64,000 nucleotides of DNA from a virus (lineage: Duplodnaviria > Caudoviricetes): positions 32,001 to 96,000 of IMG/VR virus record IMGVR_UViG_3300031813_000006; one strand, written 5' to 3'. The position numbers and the translations under genes were made by a program. Shown piece after piece: positions 27,335-36,900 of the stretch (the stretch's first letter is position 1; each line of letters begins with the position of its first letter). Under the pieces are notes generated by a model. It ran no database searches, was not told where the DNA came from, and saw only the letters and a list, made by a program, of their open reading frames with translations.

Positions 27335-30225
27335 TATTTAGATTTATTATTTGTTACTTGAGCCTCATATGCCATCTGCCTATCATTTGATTGTTGCAAT
27401 CTAGATATATCAGTGGTAGCACTCTTCATAATATCATCAAGTGATGCTCCTGCTATATTTGGAGTATCTATTTCTTGTTGTTTTTTATACTGACCGTTCT
27501 CATATTTATAAAGACTACCGGTTATACTTGTAGTCCCATCAGGGTTTCTAACAACATGTAAAGTACCATTCTTTCCAAAATCAAAATCAGTTGTTTGTTT
27601 TAATCTGATCAACTGTTCATACGGTCCTATTTTAGAATTTGTATAAAACCTATTATCAACTACCTGTCTGCCATCTGGATTCTTTACAGGTATCAATGTT
27701 GAAATTCCTTCTTTGATAATCTTATCATAGATTTCTTTATTAGGAATTGCATCCATGTTTGTTTTACCTGTGAAATGCTTTCTTAACCAATCATGATTTG
27801 GTATGATTGTGTACATTGTATAGTTATCATCTCCTGCGGCTACAGCACTAAATCTAACATTAGCTGCTGGAGCATTCTTATCAACTTTCTTATCATTTTT
27901 ATCATTTTCATCTTTTAAAAGCCTCCTACAATCATTTATATAGTCTTTAAAAATCTTTCTTGAAATCTCACCGTAAACACCTTCATTAGATTTGACATCA
28001 TTTTTCAAGATGTTTGCACCACCTATTACATAATGTATATTAGGATTATTCTCTTCTTTATCAAGATTGTCACCAAGTGAAATTAATGAGTTATTAGACT
28101 CTGAAGTATTCCAAGAAGCATCATGACTAAGTTGTACTATATTGGAACCCATTCTACCTCCTGTTTGTTTAGATAAAGCATAGCTTCCATTCCAAACCTT
28201 TATTTGGTAGTTAGGGTCATTAGATAAACCATCAGGATGATTATATAACTCATTGTATTTAGCTTTTGTCTTATTAAAAGCTTCATCAACTTGTTTATCA
28301 GTATAATGAGGGTTGTATTTTTTAAAGGTTGATTTCCATTCATAATCACCCATCAACTCTCCATCATGCTCTCCTCTTCTTCTGATATCTGAATTCCCTT
28401 TAACATATAATTGCAAACCTGCTTTTTCTTCATTGGTAAGTAAACCTTTACCTTCATATTCAGCATAATGCTTAATAGCAAGGTTATTACCAGTCATTAG
28501 TTTTGTATAACCTTTCCAAAGTTCACCCTTAAGATTTATGTCATTCTCTTTCTGAGAAAGTTCATTTAATAGTTCAGGACTAAATAAATCTTTTTGACTG
28601 CCATGAATAAGACCTTGGGCTTTAGCCAATATTTGAATATAATCATTAGGATCAGAATCCAAATGTGGTTTTAATGTGTTTTTAATAGGGTCATAGTATT
28701 TCCCAAAAATACTAATTAAATTATTTTTAGCATCTGTTTGTTCAGCAGGAGTATGTGTAGAAGTATTTCTACCTCTATAAAAATCAAAGATTTGACTTAG
28801 ATATCCAGTAGCAGCTTGTTTATAACCATCTTTACTTTCTCCTAATGCAGACTCAACACTATTTAATTCACTTACAGGGTTTACAGTAGTAGTACCAACT
28901 CTTATACCTAAGTTTTGATAAACGTTTGCAGAAATGGGACCGTTATTGCTATGATCTACAATCTTATTTTTAGCGGTCAATTTAATCATTTCTAATTTTT
29001 GATTATAGCCAAATTCCTTTTCCATCTCATCTAACTTATATTGATGAGCCATGCTTTGTAATGCAAAAGGATCTCCAGTCATTGAATCTTTATGGGTCAT
29101 CATAGAATAATCTGCCGCAGCCTTATAAGCATCTCTTCTGAGATATTCATTTGCTAAAGCACCTTCTATTCTATTTCTTATAACATCTTTATTAGCTCCT
29201 AGCATTGCATTTTTATCTAGGTAGTTTAAAGTTGATTGGTTATGATCTCTGACTGCAGCTATTCTATCTAATTGGTCCTGGTAATCTTGTACTGCACCTG
29301 TTGCACCTTTAGGATCAACGGATGTATTGTTTTCAAGTTTACTTTTTAGTATAGCATTTTTTGCTGTAAGGGACTGAGTATGACCATCTAAAGAAGCATT
29401 AGATTGGTTAGCGCGTCTGTCCAATTCTTTAGAGAATGTATTCAGGTACACGTTCTCTGCGGCATCTTCTGAACCATATTGTTGGGCATTACTTTTAATA
29501 AAGTTCTTTCTATCAACATAAGCTTGCGTCCTAGCATAATCTAATGCTTTAGAATTCTGAGTAGAATGAGCTAATAAAAAGTCAGTTAATGGAAGAATTA
29601 ATTGGTTACCATTACTAGTAGTATGGATATATCCGTCTTTTACATATGAACTAGTGGTTCCTATTCCTAGATCTTTGGCCAATTGTAATGCATCAGCAGT
29701 GGTATCAACCATTGGTGTAAATTTAGGCATTGGCATACCCATGGAACTTTCTCTACTTGCATTTTTAAAGTCATCTGCTCTATAATGAAGAGCTTGAACT
29801 GCAACATCTGAATAACCTCCTCCGCACTTCTTAGGATCTATACAGTTTCTAAATCCTTCAGCAGTTTGTAATTCATTATGATACTTTTTAGTAAACATCA
29901 TATCATACTGAAGATTTTTATCATCTAGTAATGGTTGAAATACTTTATATGCTGAGTTAACATTTTCTTCAAGAGATAGGTCCATTCCTGCAATCTTCTG
30001 AATATTCTCATGAATATCCTTAAACATCTTGTCTCTATTTTGAGTATTGTCATCCCGGGTTAACGGAGCATTCAATAATGTACCATAGATACCACTTAGT
30101 TTGTTTAAACCTTGTTGATACTGACCTTCTTTCTTTTCCAAAGCCCCTTGATAAAAGTTTAAATCAGGTCTAAACGGTTGAATATCAGGAATATAGTCAT
30201 TAGAACCTTGTAAGTAAGATGCCAT
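27334..30225 (-). CDS. Virion cargo/ejection protein (crAss-like)
   Basis: 963 aa; N-terminal QPFRPDLNFY...L..K..QY pattern; lies immediately before the giant cargo genes. Confidence 0.6.
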   Translation of the reverse strand: MASYLQGSNDYIPDIQPFRPDLNFYQGALEKKEGQYQQGLNKLSGIYGTLLNAPLTRDDNTQNRDKMFKDIHENIQKIAGMDLSLEENVNSAYKVFQPLLDDKNLQYDMMFTKKYHNELQTAEGFRNCIDPKKCGGGYSDVAVQALHYRADDFKNASRESSMGMPMPKFTPMVDTTADALQLAKDLGIGTTSSYVKDGYIHTTSNGNQLILPLTDFLLAHSTQNSKALDYARTQAYVDRKNFIKSNAQQYGSEDAAENVYLNTFSKELDRRANQSNASLDGHTQSLTAKNAILKSKLENNTSVDPKGATGAVQDYQDQLDRIAAVRDHNQSTLNYLDKNAMLGANKDVIRNRIEGALANEYLRRDAYKAAADYSMMTHKDSMTGDPFALQSMAHQYKLDEMEKEFGYNQKLEMIKLTAKNKIVDHSNNGPISANVYQNLGIRVGTTTVNPVSELNSVESALGESKDGYKQAATGYLSQIFDFYRGRNTSTHTPAEQTDAKNNLISIFGKYYDPIKNTLKPHLDSDPNDYIQILAKAQGLIHGSQKDLFSPELLNELSQKENDINLKGELWKGYTKLMTGNNLAIKHYAEYEGKGLLTNEEKAGLQLYVKGNSDIRRRGEHDGELMGDYEWKSTFKKYNPHYTDKQVDEAFNKTKAKYNELYNHPDGLSNDPNYQIKVWNGSYALSKQTGGRMGSNIVQLSHDASWNTSESNNSLISLGDNLDKEENNPNIHYVIGGANILKNDVKSNEGVYGEISRKIFKDYINDCRRLLKDENDKNDKKVDKNAPAANVRFSAVAAGDDNYTMYTIIPNHDWLRKHFTGKTNMDAIPNKEIYDKIIKEGISTLIPVKNPDGRQVVDNRFYTNSKIGPYEQLIRLKQTTDFDFGKNGTLHVVRNPDGTTSITGSLYKYENGQYKKQQEIDTPNIAGASLDDIMKSATTDISRLQQSNDRQMAYEAQVTNNKSK

Positions 30226-30299
30226 AATATTTAAGTTTCAGTAAATTTAATGATAAATTTTAAAAAGTTAATAAACATTTTGGTTTAAACTTTTAAAGT

Positions 30300-33200
30300 T
30301 TATTGATTTGGAGTGTAACCATATTGAGGCGCCTGTTGGGGTTCTCTCCTACCGGCTGACCCCCATGCATTTAAATATGCTTGATTAGGATCAGGATAAG
30401 AACTAGGATGTTTACCATACGCGTTTAATACTTGACCCATAGAAATAGAAGGATCTGAAGCATGTAGTTTGGTCCACAAATTAGTTAAATGATCAGACTC
30501 ATCTGGTATATTAGATGGATCAAATGACTTCCTATGGGGATTGAAAACTAAGTTGCCTCCTGTAGAAGGATCTATTTGATAATCAGGATATAAAGAATTA
30601 AGTACCTGAGTATTAGCTCTATTGGTAATAGCATTAACGTAATTAGACCTAAGAACATCTTTAGCATGCCTTTTAGCATTGTCATAATTCTCATTAGCTC
30701 TAGTGGTATCATCATAAAGTTTAGACGCTAGGCTAGCATTGTATTGATCTGTCTTTTGCATTATATCACCTTTAAGTGAAGAGAATGCATTAGCAGCCTG
30801 TACATTTTGATTTTGTTCTTGAGATAATGTATCTGCTACATGTTTACTAGCTTCACCTTGCATTTGAGAAAAAGAAGCAGCATATTGTCTTGGATCACCA
30901 AATGCTGCGGCACCCATAGCTCCAATATTAGCAGCTTCCATTACTCCTGCTGCTTGTCTAGTAAAGTCATGGAATGTAGGATCTGGTACATTAGGTGCAA
31001 CAGGACGACCCCATGGCATATACTTTTTAAGACTTGCCAAGTTACCTGCGGCTGCTGCGGTATTTATTACATCTTGTTTATAGAATTGAGGATCTCTAGG
31101 TTGAACAGCTTGTGGACTATAAGAAGGTTTTTTAACTTCTTCAGTAACTGGTGCACTTACTTTATTAGCTGGTGTACTTGCATTAAGAGCTGGTGCACTA
31201 AATGTACCTAATCCCCACATATCATCTTTCCTCCAATGAGCTGATGAAGAAGCATCTCCGGTAAAGTAGTCTTCCTTCATACCCATCTTCTTACCATACT
31301 TATTATAAGCATCATGAAACTTGTCTACAGCTCCTTGTATTTTGTTACCATTTTTATCATATGGTGCCCAATCCGGATTTTCTTTAAAGAACCATGCATG
31401 ACGTTGTTTAAAATCTTGTTGTGCTTCAGGGTTATTCCATAATTTTAAAGTATCAAGGTCATGTTGCATTGCCGGTACAAATAGTTGCATTAAATCTTTT
31501 CTAGGTAACCTAGCATCATTACCAGGTAAACCTTGTCTAGCATCTAAAGCTTCCATATATTCTTGACGGTATAAAGGTTTTGCGTCAGCTTCTGGATTCT
31601 GTATAGGTGTTGCAGATTTCACCGCAACTTGTTTAGGTTGTGGATTAGATTCAGGTTGAACATTGTAATTAGGGTCATATGCAGGATTAGTTTTTAATTT
31701 ATCTAAAGCCCATTTTTCAGGTACATGTGTTTTTGTACCTTTATTTTTATCCTCTGCCATCCAAATATCATTTCCTTTTTCATCTTTTGTCTTATAGATT
31801 ATTTTACCATCAACTCCAGTTTTTCCTCCACTACCAAATCTATTTAAACTTCCACCATCTCTAAAACCTACAACATTTAAAGAATCTACAACAGATTTAT
31901 ATTTAGGCTGTGTAGTGTTTACAGGTTGTCTAACATTAGATGAATCAATTAATGGAGGACCTACATTATAATATTCTTGTTGTGGTGCATGATACAAACT
32001 ATTAAGAGTATCTTGAACTTGTTGATTAACCACATTATCTGGTATAGAATTAACAGTACCCATTGTTGGAGTATCAGATCCTCTATTCATTGCTTGCTGA
32101 CGCATCCATTCTGAAACAGTTGGGCGTATAAAATTCTTTGTTTCACCTAAAGGTATTTGTTTAAGCACGTCTGTTATAGCTTTTGTTTTTTCAGTTGCAT
32201 ACTTTCCAAATTTCTTTCCAGCAACACCTGCAAGTTGTCCAGCTATTTTACCATATTCTATACCATGTTTTACTGCTTCAGGAATAGCACCAAAAGCTTT
32301 ATCAGTGACTGCTGTTGGACCTAAACCTTTTAATGAAGGAAATATTAGGGAGCCTGGTTGTCTTTCACCTACTGGTGCTACAAGTGATGTTTTTGAAGGA
32401 GTTGATGCTTTAAAAGATTCTAATCTCTTAGCAGCCTCAGCTTCTGTCATAGCACCTGATTTAACAGCTTTATCTAATGTCTCTTCTACAGCTTTACGTT
32501 CTGCTTCTTGTTTGGCAAGACCTGATGTTACATCTTGAATAGCAGCAGTAGTAGCATCTTTACCTAAACCTTTCCATGCCATATTTCCTAAACCACCTGC
32601 TAAGTCACTTACAAAAAGCGGATCTACAAAGTTTAAAGCCGTTGCTGCAGCTCCTGATAGTTGAGGGTTATATCTCTTTACAGTTTGAGAAAATGGTTCA
32701 TATAAACCTGTTAAAAGATTATTTAACTCATTTTGACCCATGGTTAAACCAGCACCTAAATAATCCATAATACCTTTAGCTTTCCAAGGGTGTGTTAGTT
32801 TATCCTCATCTTCTAACATTCTAGGGTCTTGAGTAGAATTATCCCAAGGTCTTTGAAATAAATTAGTATGAGTAACTCTATCCCAGTAACCTGAATATGG
32901 AGCATTTGGATCAAAGCGTTTTTTAACTTCCTCAGGATTCTTATTTGTTGTATTAAATAACATACTAGGATCTGAAAGCATACTGTAAGCACCTATTAAA
33001 GAATTCTTTAAGTCAGGATGTTCTACAGGTTGCTGAGGTTCTTGTTGTGGTTGATAAGGATGTACCTGATGAGAAGGTTTAAGTTCTCTTTGCATTTGGC
33101 TTTGCTTAGCATACCATTCAGCTTGAGCTTGGCGTTTAGCTGCACTATATGGGTCCAATAAATGATCTTCATACTCTTCTTGTGAGTTATATCCACCATC

Positions 33201-33956
33201 TTGCATTAATGCGTTTCCAAAGTTAGCCCATGGTTGAGGACGGCTTCCACCATTAGCCATTATAAAACCATATCTTCCTTGTGGTTGATTTTGTGACTCA
33301 GGAGACATATCTTGAGACTCTGCTTCTTGAGTTCCTGGTTTACCTTTAATAGGTAACATCTGAGCCGGATCTATTGCAGCATGCATCAAATACGGTAATG
33401 ACATAGCAGGAATACCTTGAGGGAAGCCTTTCTTTGCTTCTTGAATAAGACCTAACTTACCAAGCTTTAGATTGTAATTAGCAATCATCATTTCTGCCGT
33501 ATTCCTTTGTATAGGATCCGTAACTGACGGGTCAGCTAAAATAGCACGGTATTGATTAATATCATACTGTTTAGCAATATCAGCAGGAGTATATTTCTTA
33601 TTAGGATTTTTTCCAAAATCCTGCACAGCGGGACCACCAATCTTCATCTTATTTGTGTCAGAGAAGATAAAACTGTCATCAGGTAAATTAAGAGGAGTTC
33701 CACCTTCTGAGTGTCTTTTACCTCCTATTTTATAATGAGCCGCAAGTCCCTGAGCATCAGGAACATAAGCTGTCTCACCCTTTTCAGCTTCCAAATTAGC
33801 ATCTTCTCTATCTACTGGTTGAAGAGTAGATTGAGCTGCTAATTCAGGTTCTGCCATCATATTTGGTTTATAGATGGGGTAAATCATATTACCATTAACA
33901 CCTAATCCTTCTTTACGGATCTTTGGAAGCCTAGTGACTTTAACTTTCTTTATCAT
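30300..33956 (-). CDS. Virion cargo protein with xxGG motifs
   Basis: 1218 aa; ANLEAEKGE...GKRHSEGG...FIFSD domain seen in crAss-like structural proteins; MANGG, MQDGG, FRDGG and FGSGG motifs. Confidence 0.6.
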   Translation of the reverse strand: MIKKVKVTRLPKIRKEGLGVNGNMIYPIYKPNMMAEPELAAQSTLQPVDREDANLEAEKGETAYVPDAQGLAAHYKIGGKRHSEGGTPLNLPDDSFIFSDTNKMKIGGPAVQDFGKNPNKKYTPADIAKQYDINQYRAILADPSVTDPIQRNTAEMMIANYNLKLGKLGLIQEAKKGFPQGIPAMSLPYLMHAAIDPAQMLPIKGKPGTQEAESQDMSPESQNQPQGRYGFIMANGGSRPQPWANFGNALMQDGGYNSQEEYEDHLLDPYSAAKRQAQAEWYAKQSQMQRELKPSHQVHPYQPQQEPQQPVEHPDLKNSLIGAYSMLSDPSMLFNTTNKNPEEVKKRFDPNAPYSGYWDRVTHTNLFQRPWDNSTQDPRMLEDEDKLTHPWKAKGIMDYLGAGLTMGQNELNNLLTGLYEPFSQTVKRYNPQLSGAAATALNFVDPLFVSDLAGGLGNMAWKGLGKDATTAAIQDVTSGLAKQEAERKAVEETLDKAVKSGAMTEAEAAKRLESFKASTPSKTSLVAPVGERQPGSLIFPSLKGLGPTAVTDKAFGAIPEAVKHGIEYGKIAGQLAGVAGKKFGKYATEKTKAITDVLKQIPLGETKNFIRPTVSEWMRQQAMNRGSDTPTMGTVNSIPDNVVNQQVQDTLNSLYHAPQQEYYNVGPPLIDSSNVRQPVNTTQPKYKSVVDSLNVVGFRDGGSLNRFGSGGKTGVDGKIIYKTKDEKGNDIWMAEDKNKGTKTHVPEKWALDKLKTNPAYDPNYNVQPESNPQPKQVAVKSATPIQNPEADAKPLYRQEYMEALDARQGLPGNDARLPRKDLMQLFVPAMQHDLDTLKLWNNPEAQQDFKQRHAWFFKENPDWAPYDKNGNKIQGAVDKFHDAYNKYGKKMGMKEDYFTGDASSSAHWRKDDMWGLGTFSAPALNASTPANKVSAPVTEEVKKPSYSPQAVQPRDPQFYKQDVINTAAAAGNLASLKKYMPWGRPVAPNVPDPTFHDFTRQAAGVMEAANIGAMGAAAFGDPRQYAASFSQMQGEASKHVADTLSQEQNQNVQAANAFSSLKGDIMQKTDQYNASLASKLYDDTTRANENYDNAKRHAKDVLRSNYVNAITNRANTQVLNSLYPDYQIDPSTGGNLVFNPHRKSFDPSNIPDESDHLTNLWTKLHASDPSISMGQVLNAYGKHPSSYPDPNQAYLNAWGSAGRREPQQAPQYGYTPNQ

Positions 33957-33960
33957 ATTA

Positions 33961-33968
33961 CAAAGATA
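33961..33968 (-). promoter_or_regulatory. Putative -7 promoter element TATCTTTG
   Basis: TAnnTTTG-TAAT-ATG, the same geometry as at 971-985. Confidence 0.5.
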
Positions 33969-33974
33969 TTAAGA

Positions 33975-36900
33975 TTAATCCAAATATTCAACGGTTCCAC
34001 CTTCTGCTAGTATTCTTTCTATTTCATTTTCATCTAAATAATACTCTCCACCTTCTTGAAAACCGCCCATTGCAAAACTTCCACCAAATCTAGCCATTGA
34101 TTGAAACTGAGCAGGGGTTTGTTGATTCTCTCTAAATCTTCCAGAATTGATATCATAATCACCTCTTGAACCTGCATTAGGAGGTATAGCAGTAAACGCC
34201 ATATCAGCATGAGTTCTATTTTGAGCTTGTTGTTGAGCATGTAACATATCAGGTATATTAGCCATGGAAGTTAATGCTTCCATACCGGCCAATCCCCAAT
34301 TAACAGTGTCTTCAGGATTATAATGAGTGTGTCTATTGAAACTAACAGTTTGTCCCGGTTGAGTATAGTTTTCATTAAATCCTCTTGGTGCAACTCTAGG
34401 TTGATTTTGAGTTTGCCATCCATCCATAGTAATCTGTTGAGGATCATTAGATGAGGTAGGTCTTTGAATTGGATCTTGGACAAATGAGTTAACACCCCAG
34501 TTACTACCCGCACCTGAAATACTTACTGCATTATTAGGGGTAATTACTGAACCTACGTCAGCTCTTTTTAAAGAACCACCTCTTTTTTTAGAAGATGTGT
34601 TTTCAAATGGAACACCTACTTGAGCAGGAGGTTGATAATTAGCAAAAGTATCTTGTTCTTCAGAAAGAGGTTTATTTACAGGATTGTTTGTAGGTAAATT
34701 ATAATCAGCTTTCTTAGAATAGTTTACAGGTTCTTGGTAAGGTGTTACAGAACCAAATCCTGCAGGTTTTCTAAAGTTCATAGTAATCTGCTTAGGAGAA
34801 CTCTTATCTAACCAACCATACTTCATATCAGTACTTGCTAAGTATTGATTAGGATCTAAAGCTTGTAAGTGTTCTGTTTGACCTCTATGAAAAGGATGAT
34901 AAGGAGATTCCATATGATTAGTAGGAATCATTGTATTCATAGGAAACCAAGATGAACTACTATTCTGCCAATGATTTGGTTGAACATTTATATTAGTAGG
35001 ATATTGACCTTGTTGAGCATTTCTTGTTTGATAGAAATGACCAGGTGTTCTTCCTGTTTGAATAGGTTGTTGAGGTTGATATTGTGGGTTACCATATTGA
35101 TAAGGATGTGTATTCTGTTGTTGTACATATTGATCATATGTAGGAATATCATTACTACCTCCTCCTTGAAATGTATTAATCATACCATATTTACCTTTTG
35201 GATTCTGTACAGACGCATCATATCCAACGCGTTTATTCATGTTTCTATTAACAGTTTCTTCAAAGAAGGTATTAAAACTTTTACCAACATTTGCATTATT
35301 ACGTGCTTGTTGGGCCGCCAAGTTAAAATTGTTATTAACTCCTTGATATCCAAAGTCATTAGTTTGTCCCGGGGCTGTAGCTAACATTCCTCCTCCATCT
35401 TGTCTCCAGTCCATTAAACCAGTATTTTCCCATCTTCTTTCTCCACCATAAGCCATTTTACTATAAAAAGAATCAGGTGTAAGATCAGGTATAGAAATAT
35501 CTCCTCCCATAGCATAAGCCATATCAGGATTATAAAAACCACCTTGTTGCATGTAACCACCTGGTTCATACATATATTGATCACCACCTACATTACCTCC
35601 TTCTTCATGTTTCCATTTAGCTGCGTTCCTTGCAAAGTTTGCCATTTGTCTTACATGAGGATCTCTAGAATGCAAAGCTTCTTCTGTAGTTTTACCTGTA
35701 CGTTTTTTATATGCTGTAAATCTTCCTTCATGAGATTTCTTAATATGAATTCCACCTTTCTTCATTCCTTCTCCTTGTTGTTCTTGCATTTCTCCATGAG
35801 ATACAATACTGCCGTCAGGCATATGATGAAAGATAGCATGCGGTACAAGTTCTTTATGAAGCGCGTCCATACTCATATTATGAATAAGCTCTAAAAAGTT
35901 ATTCTTCTTATCAGTAAAGATATCATTATCTTCAGATTGAAAACCTGAACCACCTTCTTTAGCCATCATTGATGGTATAGAATCCAAATGATTTGCACGG
36001 TTTGCAGCGTTGCTTCCACCCCATGCTCTTGAGAATGTGTTTTTCATAAGATTTATATTAGAACCACCGCGGGCCATTGTAACTTCATTAATTCTACTTC
36101 TTTCTGAATAATCAAATGGTTTATGTGATTTATTAAAATGTGTACCACCATGTTTTTCATAATCTACTTGAGAGACAGTGTTATTAACACCATTTAATTT
36201 ATTCCAATAGTTCTCTACATAATCTCTTAATTCTTTATCCTTCTTAAGATCTTCTATATTATTTGCAACAGTTTTTAAATAATTAGGGTCTTTAGGATTA
36301 TAGTGATCCATTTCACCATTTTTCCATCTTAATGCTAAATTATCATATGCATTACCCGGTAAGTTTCTTTGTTGATTAATAATATGTTTTTTATAATTTT
36401 CAACATCTTTTTGAGTAAACGTTTCATCAAGTGAGTTTGGATTATTTGTCCAATACATCCAACCTTGATCTAATTTTTCATGATCTATTTCATCATGATT
36501 TTTTTCACCATAATATCTAATATACTCAGGATGAAGTTTTAATGCATAATCCCAATTACTTATTGAAGTAGTTAATGAGTGTGGATCATATGGATACGGA
36601 ATTCCTCTGCCAATATAAGGATCTTCTTTAAAAGTACTTTCTGTCCCTATTGTTCCAATTGGATTCCAAGGACTATCTAATCCTTGTCTATGTGAAGCCA
36701 CCATACTTGAATCTAATTCAGCAGTATTTACACTACCTGTATTAAAATTACCATGATGTAACTTTATATTTCTGTTACTTGGAACATATTTATCTCTTTT
36801 ATCATTTTGTTTTGCAGTCTCAAAATCTACATTATTAAGTTGAGGTGTAAAACGCGGAACATATTTTTCTTCTGGAGGTAATTGAGATTGTACAAAAACA

